From positions 4,774,001 through 4,838,000 of the forward strand of contig JBHGNT010000017.1 in assembly GCA_043228905.1 (NCBI GenBank): a DNA stretch of 64,000 bases, written 5' to 3'. Shown piece by piece: positions 51,301-60,344 of this stretch (position 1 is its first letter; every line of letters begins with the position of its first letter). Below the pieces are notes generated by a model. That model worked only from the letters and a program-made list of their open reading frames with translations. It was not told the origin of the DNA and did not search any database. Source of the stretch: Azolla caroliniana (lineage: Eukaryota; Plantae; Polypodiophyta). The position numbers were made by a program, and so were the translations under genes.

Positions 51301-53024
51301 GGCCTTGTTAGCAAAGCTACTAGTTCGTGGCCTTTTACCAGGACATGCTCCTTGGAAGCAATTGCTTATGCAAAGATTGTATCGTTGTGCTCCGCCGATG
51401 GGTGGTTTATGGGCTGATAGCATAAGGTGGATCTTTATACCGGACAAGAAACATGTTATGACTAGGAATTGGGAAGACAAATTTTTTAATGGTCTTCTAC
51501 GAGCATGGGAGCATGTACATAAAGGGTTGGAACATGGTGTACCAACATGTGAGGAGGAATACTTGAGACAAAACTTAGTGTGGAATCCGAATATGCGTTT
51601 GCCCTCAGGGCACATGTTGGGGTCCCGTACGCGATTGGATTGGGCCAAGCTCGATGAAGGGTCAGGAGCGTCCGTTGATGCATGGAAATCATTTCATACT
51701 TTGAATATAAATGACAAATCAGAATTCTTGTCTTCCTTGAGAGGGGGTCTGATTATGTGGGACCAGGTGCAGTCGGTTTTGGGGCACTTAGCCTCTACGG
51801 TATGGTCCTTTAATCCTCCCAACTGGGAAGGAGCATTTACGAGGCTTCAAGACTTTGATGTGGAGGAAGATGGCAGTATATGTAGAGCAAGATATGACGG
51901 ATCTAAGTGGATCATCAACCCACAAGTTGAGGCAGTCAAGGAGCATTGGAAACTGAGAGTTTTTGAAAAGAAACCTTTGATAAGGTTGCAATGGGATTCA
52001 AGAGAATTTTGGTGGAAAGATTCGTTTGATTGTGTGGAAAAAAGGTGTGGTTTTTTTCAGTACTTAGTTAAGATTGGACAATACATTTTGGCAACTCAAC
52101 ATAGGACTACACCACGAGCTAGTCAATTTTGGACCCACCAAGGGATCACATCCGAATTCCTAACAAAGTTTTGAAGAACATTATGGAAAAGGAAGCAAGA
52201 TATGAAAATAAATGTCTTCCAATGGCTAGTAATACATAGAGCATTACCAGTTGGCCAATGGTTGCAACAATCAGCTGCACCGGCCACATGCATCTATTGT
52301 AGTTGTCAGATGGAGACATTGAAACATTGCTTGTGGGAATGTCATGTTGCACAACAAGTTTGGAGACAAGTGTTCTGAGTTCTTGCCTGTATGCTTAGGG
52401 ATTGCAGTTTTTCGTGGGGTATGGTAGTATGGGCTATAGTGGCACAAGTGATGTGGCTATATGAGGCATGCCCAAATGACACGATTATTAGAATTCAAAG
52501 AGGAATGATAATGGTGGTGCAACGAAGTCAAATGGAGGCTCCTTACATGTTAAAGACAATGCAATAAGTATGGGAGCTACTATGCATCACCACAATGTGG
52601 TTTATTTGGACTGCTAGGTGTTCTAAGCTGTTTGGTAATACTATTGTTCATCCAGTGGAAAGTGTACGGAATGTCTGGATGGAGATGATACATACCTTGA
52701 AAGGGCGGTATGAGGATATTAAAGGTGAGACAGATGCTGCAGTGTTGCAACATCTCGAATTTATTGCTTATTGGAAGACGGCCCCTTTTCTCACAGTACA
52801 AAATTCAAGACCTAAATGGTGCTTAGCACCACCAGTATGGTTGTTCCCACCACCAATCACATAACTTGGTTAAGGAGTGGTGGAGTGTTCATACTATTTA
52901 TCCTTGAGGGATGGGACCTAAGGAAGAATGCACCAGATCAATAGTAGCTTGATGGTAGGTCAGTTTTTATTGTAATAATTGTTCATAACTAATGAAAGGA
53001 TATTTTTCAAGAAAAAAATAAAAA
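48394..53024 (+). mobile_element. Element B: L1/Tx1-like LINE with near-complete, decayed ORF2 (APE endonuclease-RT-zf), inserted into element A
   Basis: EN motifs: MKLLTWNVQGLG, NIYAPN, VGDFNM, SRLDRFY, FSDH. RT motifs: WRPITLLNTSYK, LDFEKAYDRVDW, VRQGCPLAP, EFADD, YLG. Ends WLFPPPIT* followed by an A-rich tail. Perfect 16-bp TSD AATTGTGATACTCCTT at 48378-48393 and 53025-53040. Several in-frame stops and frameshifts. Confidence 0.92.
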
Positions 53025-53251
53025 AATTGTGATACTCCTTATTGGCATTTTCAAACTCCGAAATGGTTGTTTCCCCCACCGATCACATAGAATTTAAAAT
53101 CTTGTAAAAATGGTTACACTAATGACAAGATATCTTCTTAAAAAAAAAACCCATGGCTTCAACTTTCAATTACTGAAATTGTAGGGTTCGAGGTGCATCA
53201 TCGCCATTGAGACACACACTCTACTTGTACATAGACACACATAAACAAAGG

Positions 53252-53420
53252 ACACATACACACACACACATACATACATACATACATACATACATACATA
53301 CATACATACATACATACATACATTACATACATGCATCCATGCATACATGCATACATACATACATACATTACATACATACATACATACATACATTACATAC
53401 ATTACATACATACATACATT
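53252..53420. repeat. (CATA)n microsatellite in the PPR leader
   Basis: Gives the HTYI repeats at the start of the 962-aa ORF. Confidence 0.9.
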
Positions 53421-53584
53421 CTCATAGACCAACCACACAGACACATTGTTCAGCAATATGCACAGTCTCCGGCACTAAATCAAACTTACGTGCAAGGTCG
53501 CACGTTGGCAGCTATGGTTGTGAAGATGCAGAGAACAACAGAAAGCTTTTGGGTTTCTCAGGTTGCCCTTGTCCATCTCAGGCT

Positions 53585-56095
53585 ATGCCCTTCTTTCATA
53601 GGCCTAGTCTTCTTGCCCATGCTTTGACCCTGCAAGTTCATCTTTGCCAACGTGGCTTAGAATCACATCCTTCCTTTGGTAAGCTTCTTTTATCCCTCCT
53701 CGCTAAATCAGGCAAGCTTTGCTATGCTCTTCAGATATTTGAAAAGCTTCAACACAGAGATGGAGACTCTTGGAGTGATCTCATCACAGCTTATGTTGCA
53801 CTTGGTGAGCCAAGCTATGCTCTTTCTCTATATAGGAGAAAGAATGAAGAAAATGATGCTTCAAATCTTACCTGGTATGCCCTCGTGGCCTTACTTAAGG
53901 CTTGTGGTATATATAAGAATATCAGGGAAGGTGAAATTTTGTACGCTGAGATATCGAAGAGTGAGAAATCTGTGGCAAATTTATGCATCGGAAGTGCATT
54001 AGTTGGAATGTATGCTAAATGTGGGTGTCTTGTAAAAGCCCGAGAAATTCTCGAAAATCTTCCTGCTCGTGATGTAGTTTTATGGACTACATTGATCAGT
54101 GGTTACGTGGAATATGGACATAACGTGGATGCATTGATGTGTATGAAAGAAATGCAATGTCAAGGTATCCCTCCCAATGATTTTACTCTGGTTTGTTTCT
54201 TGAAAGCATGCCAAGGCCTTCAAGATGCAGATGAGAGCCAAAGAATACATGATTATATTGTTTGTATGGGATATGAACAGGACCCTCTTGTTGAAAATGT
54301 GCTTATTGCTGTGTATGGTAAATGTGGATGCCTTCTGGAAGCAGGGAACCTGTTTGCAAAGATGGAAAATCGGACGGTAATATCATGGACTGCTCTGATT
54401 GCAGGATATGTAGAAGCAGGGGATGGTCATGAGGCATTAGAATGCTTTCGAAAGATGACATTGGATCAGATATCTCCTGATGCTTCCACATTTGTTTGTT
54501 GTTTGAAGTCTTCAAGCTTGCTTGTATCTATCACTGAGGGTAGAGAATTGCATTCCGAGATTGCCATGAAGGGGTTTGAAAACAACCATTTAGTAACAGC
54601 GACCTTGATTGACATGTATACTAAGTGTGAATTGCTCACTGAAGCTCAAGATATATTCGACAGGAATGTAGACCATGATGTGGTGTCGTGGACTGCTCTC
54701 ATAGCTGGATATGTTGCCCAGGGATATAGTGAAGAGGCACTAAAATGTGTAGAAAGGATGGAGAATGGGAATTTCTCAATGAATGCTGTGACTTTTGCGT
54801 GTATCTTCCAAGCTTGCAGCTGCATTAGAAGCGTAAATAAAAGTCAAGAAGTGCATATAAAGGTAGTAAAAAAAGGTATGGAAAAAGAACCTATAACTGG
54901 GAGTGCGTTAACCAATATGTATTGCAAGCTTGGGAGGCTAGAAGATGCACAAAATGTAGCAAAAAAGCTTCCAGCTCAAGAAGTGGTTGTATGGACTACG
55001 TTAATGGATGGATATGTTGAACATGGGTTTGCTGAGAAAACACTTGAAATTTTTCAACAAATGCAACACGAAGGCCTCTCTCCCAATATTGTGACATTTG
55101 TTTGTGGCCTCAGAGCATGTGCAAGTTTAGGGGCTATCGTAGAAGGACAAGAAATACATATGGAATTAGTGAGGAAAGGTTTGGAGCAAGAGCCTACTGC
55201 TGGAAATACCTTGGTTTATATGTATGCAAATTTGGGCTTGTTGGATACATCATATAGATTGTTTGACAAGCTTCAGGTTCAAGATGTCATTTCATGGAAT
55301 GCTCTGATTGGAGGGTATCTAGAGCACGGACAAGATGAACATGTGATAGACTGTTTCGAACTGATGAAAAGGCAAGGACGGTATCAGGATGAAGTCACTT
55401 ATGTTTATTGCTTAAAAGCCTGTGGTAATAATGGAGCCTCAATGAAGGGCTTGCAAGTGCATTGTGATGTAGTCAAGAGGGGTTTCGAAAGAAGGCTTGT
55501 TGTAGGTAACACATTGATGTATATGTATACAAAATGTGGTTTAATTCTAGAAGCAGAAGAATATTTTGAAGAGCTTGTACCTCAAGCTGATGATGTTTCG
55601 TGGAATACCCTTATAGCTCTTTTTGCCCAGTTTGGAGACTGTGACAATGCATTTCATACATGTGAACGGATGATAGGACACGGTATGCCACCAAATATAG
55701 TTACATATATGAGCCTTTTCAGTGCGTGCAGCCATGCTGGAATTGTTATGCAAGGTTTGATGTTATTTGAGATGATTGTCCACGAACATGGTCATCTACT
55801 CACCATTGAGCATTATGCATGTATGGTTGATCTACTTGCTCGTGCGGGGCTCATTGATAAGGAAATTGCTATGGTAAGGAAAATCCCATTGCATCCAGAT
55901 GCTGTAGTATGGCACACTGTACTCGGAGCCTCCAGAAAGTGGGGAAATGTGGAACTTGGAAGATATGCTTTTGAGCAAACAATTGGATTTCATGAGTGTA
56001 ATCCTGTGGCATATATTTCAATGTACCAAATCTATGTAAGTTTAGACATGCCAAAGGAAGCAAGCAAAGTTGAGGCAATGAGAAGAATCAAGTGA
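53585..56095 (+). CDS. Long PLS-class PPR protein, E type (no DYW), intronless
   Basis: About 20 PLS motifs (GSALVGMYAKCG, VVLWTTLISGYV, SWTALIAGYV, SLFSACSHAG, EHYACMVDLLARAG, WHTVLGASRKWGNVELG). The start is uncertain; ATG 53585 is the first in-frame ATG after the microsatellite. Confidence 0.9.
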   Translation: MPFFHRPSLLAHALTLQVHLCQRGLESHPSFGKLLLSLLAKSGKLCYALQIFEKLQHRDGDSWSDLITAYVALGEPSYALSLYRRKNEENDASNLTWYALVALLKACGIYKNIREGEILYAEISKSEKSVANLCIGSALVGMYAKCGCLVKAREILENLPARDVVLWTTLISGYVEYGHNVDALMCMKEMQCQGIPPNDFTLVCFLKACQGLQDADESQRIHDYIVCMGYEQDPLVENVLIAVYGKCGCLLEAGNLFAKMENRTVISWTALIAGYVEAGDGHEALECFRKMTLDQISPDASTFVCCLKSSSLLVSITEGRELHSEIAMKGFENNHLVTATLIDMYTKCELLTEAQDIFDRNVDHDVVSWTALIAGYVAQGYSEEALKCVERMENGNFSMNAVTFACIFQACSCIRSVNKSQEVHIKVVKKGMEKEPITGSALTNMYCKLGRLEDAQNVAKKLPAQEVVVWTTLMDGYVEHGFAEKTLEIFQQMQHEGLSPNIVTFVCGLRACASLGAIVEGQEIHMELVRKGLEQEPTAGNTLVYMYANLGLLDTSYRLFDKLQVQDVISWNALIGGYLEHGQDEHVIDCFELMKRQGRYQDEVTYVYCLKACGNNGASMKGLQVHCDVVKRGFERRLVVGNTLMYMYTKCGLILEAEEYFEELVPQADDVSWNTLIALFAQFGDCDNAFHTCERMIGHGMPPNIVTYMSLFSACSHAGIVMQGLMLFEMIVHEHGHLLTIEHYACMVDLLARAGLIDKEIAMVRKIPLHPDAVVWHTVLGASRKWGNVELGRYAFEQTIGFHECNPVAYISMYQIYVSLDMPKEASKVEAMRRIK

Positions 56096-56702
56096 CTTCG
56101 TTAGAGTGTTCTCAATTGTTGTATGCGAAGAAATATGCCAATGGAATTCTTGAGGAGAACAATATTCTCCCATTTGAATCATGATGCCATTATAGTCAAT
56201 GGCTCAAAAGACATTGTGAAATTTGTTAAGCCAATGCTTTCTATCAGATTCAAAATTCCATGAAATTTTGTATAAAAAGTAATAATTCCATAGACCTTCA
56301 CATTTACAAGGTGCTCATGTTTATTTGTTTTCTATGTGTTTCCTTTATAGATGTGCATGTCAATATCTTGAATTATTGCTTGAATCTGCATAAATTTCTC
56401 TGCATGGTCATCCTCATCATCTTTATGGTCCTATATAATATGCTTATTGTGGTAAAGGTTTAGGTTCAGTCATAGTTCTCTTTAGATGTGAATAACTCAT
56501 ATTTGTAATAGAAATATGACAATCACATCCACTTGGATAAAATCACCAGGATGACAGCACAAAATCCCCATGCATTGTGAAAGAATCAACAGCATAGAAA
56601 AGAAAAGAGAGTTAAGATATAAAAGTTGAACAATAGAATCATGGGCAAGCAGCACAAAATGTAAAAGTTTGATGGAGAATCTGATGTTCTCATTAAAGAA
56701 CA

Positions 56703-56876
56703 CAACTCCAAGATGTTGAACTGAAAAATAAAATTGGTCTAAAACTCACGGATGGTGGATCATTCCTGAATTTGATGTTCTGAAAAATAAAATTGGTCTA
56801 CAACTCCAAGATGTTGAACAGAAAAATAAACATATGTGCAGTCGGTTTAGAACTCATGGATGGTGGATCATTCCTT
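56703..56876. repeat. Complex short tandem repeats between convergent genes
   Basis: CAACTCCAAGATGTTGAAC, GAAAAATAAAATTGGTCT and ACTCA(C/T)GGATGGTGGATCATTCCT each recur. Confidence 0.7.
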
Positions 56877-57243
56877 CAGTTTCCGTAGCTTTAAGCCATT
56901 CTCAAATGTAAGTTATGAAAAACTAGGTAGGGAGAGAATGAAAGAAGAATATTCACACATTTATTTTCAATGAGATATTTCGGTAGTTGAGACAAACAAG
57001 CAAGGCTAACCATCAACACTCAATAAAGGATTTAAAAAAATGTAAAGACACATCCAAGGCTCAAAATAAATGCTAGACCATAGAACATACAAACATACCA
57101 TACACCTTCATACAAACTTGCCAAAGTATTATACACTGGAAGTGTTGGAAGAAGGCAAGATGACTTATAAGTACATGCATGTAGCTATGAAGTATGGACA
57201 GGTTTTGTAAGGTTCAGTTATATTAAATAAGGCTACACCAAAT

Positions 57244-59383
57244 TTAGGTTGACTTGACAACACTTTGTCCCTCTCCTAAGACTTCAGTAGGAGCCAAACC
57301 TACATCCACCGCTAATGAATCACTAATAACTGAGCTTTGGGCATTTTCTTTCTGAACATTTTCCAAACTCTGATCTAGACCATCTTTTATCCTTGCAAAC
57401 TTATCTTGAACAATCCTCTCTATTTCCTCCTTGTTGGCCCCAGGGAAGACACCTTGTAACATGATAGTTAATAACCTTGCATCCTCCTCGTCAACAATTG
57501 TTTCTTTACTGATGCAGCATTTACAGATACCATCTAACGCTTTCTCTGCTCTATCCTCATAAGGTATAAATGGTACTGGAGACTTTGACTTCTTGCGTTT
57601 CTGCTCAGCAAATAGAAGAAATATAAGTACAACCCCATTGAAAAAAGTCAGCATTATATAGGTATAACAATTAGTGCTCTTTCCATGTACTCATAATTAA
57701 AGATCAGTATCCATGGCCTTAATAAAAAAGTAGTAGGTTGAGTTTTTGAGCTTCTTGGCGAGAAATATTTATAAAGGGAACAATATCTAACACAGAAATC
57801 CAAAATTTCCAGCATAATTCCTATATAGCTGTGGTATTTCCACATACTTTTCTACTATGCCATGCATTAAAAAATCGAATTTGGTCACTTGATAAAAAAA
57901 AGAAAAATGCCTTGAAAATGACAGATAAAGATCGAATGAATAACCATTTTTACCTCTGTGGCTTGATCCATGAGAATAGTAAAATTTTCTTCTTCATATA
58001 CAATGTCAAAGGATATCCTCAACCGTGTTGCCGCGAGCATCATGTCATCACTTTTGAGTAACCCTGCACCTACAGCTGCAGCCCAGCACCAAAACAGCAC
58101 ATACTGAGGTCTTGCCGCCTGTAAAAGAATGGAAGGAAGAAACCATTTCCATGAGAGAAAACAAATCCTACGTGAAAATGGATAATATTGCCGCATGTAA
58201 AAGAATGGAAGGAAGAAACCATTTCCATGAGAGAAAACAAATCCTATGTGAAAATGGATAATATAGTCAAGGAGATGATTATAAAGCACTCAAGACCATG
58301 ATCATAAGAAAAAATAAAAACATGAAAAATGAAGAAAGCAATAAATACAACAAGTAAGAGTTGTCAAAACTCTAATGGCCTCCGATGGGGGGTGGAAAGG
58401 CTTGAAATCTGCGCCCACATCCCCATCTGTTCAAACAATTGACGGTATTTATGAGTTAAAAACCTAACAGCATACGATGATATGCCAATTGCAAAAATTA
58501 GCTTTTTGAGCAGATCAAAATAAAATTATAGTTGGTTTAAGATCTTACTGTTTCTCGAAAAGAAATCAAGAAAAGGAAAGATAGAAATAACAATGAACTG
58601 CTCTCCAAAATCCACAGAAACGGCAATTTGAGGTATATTTTAGCATATCTCTAAGGTATCTATCCAGCTGGTTGAAGCAAATCTCAATGCGGTAACATCA
58701 TTTCACAATGGTATCAACATATCTCAACATTTCTTTTTGTGAAAAAATAAACCATGAGAAACAAGAAGATAAGGGGGTATATATGTTCTAGTATACCCTC
58801 AACAATATCAGTATATCTATCTTGATGATATAGCAGTACATATCGACACGCGTTTTTTTCCCAGCAAACCAAGAAGAAGAAGAAGCCGAGGGATATATTT
58901 TAGCATATGTGCCATGGTATCTCCGTATTATCTCAACAGGGTTATGTTATCTCACAAAACAAAAGAGAGAGGAGATGAAGGGCATACCGTGCCATGTCGT
59001 CCTTCAAACTCGTAGAAGGCCATGGGAACATCTGCCGACGGGAATTCACGGTATACAAGACTACAAAACTCTTTGAATTGGATTCGATCCGAACCGATGC
59101 CACCATCATCGCTGAATAAGCGAGAGAGGAGGCCAACTATGGGCAGAGCACCGCGAACCTTATTGATAATGTCATAGATAGGATCTTTCCTCTCTATGAA
59201 AGCACGAGGGCCGGGACCAGAGGGAGCTCTAGAACTATTCTTCGTGGTCCTCTTTGTTTGGATCTCTTTCTGCAGCCTTTGCAGGAACAGGGATGATGAT
59301 GATGATGATGATGATGATGAAGCAGAATATGAATAAGAAGAAGAAGAAGCAGCAGAGGCAGAGGAGGAGTGAAGCAAAGTCAT
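57244..59383 (-). CDS. PSA3: Photosystem I assembly factor PSA3, chloroplastic, 3 exons
   Basis: Exons at 59383-58988, 58118-57954 and 57600-57244. Ser-rich transit peptide, then NKVRGALPIVGLLSRLFSDDGG, AFYEFEGRHG, YVLFWCWAAAVGAGLLKS, YEEENF, RAEKALDGICKCC and VFPGANKEEIERI, matching the recalled PSA3 sequence. Confidence 0.9.
58120..58264. repeat. 76-bp tandem duplication at the PSA3 intron-1 acceptor region
   Basis: TGTAAAAGAATGGAAGGAAGAAACCATTTCCATGAGAGAAAACAAATCCTA(C/T)GTGAAAATGGATAATAT occurs twice. Confidence 0.85.
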
Positions 59384-60344
59384 CTTCTTCTATTCTCCTC
59401 TCATTTGCCTCTTAAAGTCTGTCTGTGTATTGTATCTCAACCATTCATATAATGAATGCCACACTCTCTCTCTTGTATCTCAGAGAGTATTATGTATATC
59501 TACATATTGTGTATGTATATACTATATACTATATACTATATACTACTATAAAGTTAAAACCAAGACCTTCACAATACAACAAAACCCTTGTTATCCCTTA
59601 ACCTTATTATCGCGGTGAGAGGATATGATCTTATCCCATTGGAAACCCTGCTTTTGAAGGATGGGGTGCCGTAAGTAAGACTATGATAATGAATCCATCG
59701 AAGAGTAATCCATTTCTGTGACCTCCCCGATAGTACCATCTGGTTTAATGCGCTGCGCGTGACCACACCATTGCACTTATACAAAGGAGAGAGAAACTCA
59801 TTGAGCAGGTGTTGCCTCGATTCGCATTACTACGGAGGAGGAGGAGGAGGAGTTTGGGTGGGCATCCACGAAAAAAGAGCTCGTGTCGACGGATCGAGCG
59901 CGTCCACGAGAAGATTCTCGAGATGTGAGTGTTAAGTAAGTAGGGCTAATAACTTCTGGGAATCGTTTGGGGCCCGCGGAAACACCCGACCAATGAAATG
60001 AAATGTTCTGATTCCGAGGGAACACACACTTAGAAAGAGTGTGTTGTGTTTGTTCTTAGGGAGGGGCCTTTAAGAGTATTATGTATGTATGTATATTGCA
60101 TACTCTAAAGATTTAGAGTATGCATAATACTTATACTAACAATGATTTAGAGTAATTTAGAGTCCAATTTACTACCACTACTCTACTCTACTATCCCACT
60201 TGTGGAAGGCTGGCTTCTTCACTCTAATAATCTTTTTAGTGAAGTGAAACCCCCCCCCATAATAAAAGGAGGCCCTTCTCTCTCTCTCTCTTTTTCTGTC
60301 TCTGTTTTTGTCTGTGAACCTTTAAAAAAAAACCTCCAGCTTCC
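59384..60344. promoter_or_regulatory. Divergent (bidirectional) promoter region between PSA3 and the porin-like gene
   Basis: The two ATGs are ~960 bp apart head-to-head, with CT-rich leaders on both sides, a TGGGGCCC site-II-like motif at ~59968 and a palindrome at 60097-60124. Confidence 0.55.

Larger units (their letters stand above)
45961..53150 (+). mobile_element. Host element A: short 5'-truncated L1-like LINE 3' end, split into three pieces by two later insertions
   Basis: Pieces at ~45961-46305, 48247-48393 and 53041-53150 join into ...IHTLKGQWDGIVGDSDAKIAQ...PYWHFQTPKWLFPPPIT* followed by poly(A). Flanked by a degenerate TSD CATGG(T/C)TTCAACTT at ~45946 and ~53152. Confidence 0.8.

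Noticed and set aside
53207-53584. His-rich N-terminal extension of the 962-aa PPR ORF
   Set aside because: It has a TTG start and runs through a CATA microsatellite, so it is probably leader sequence.
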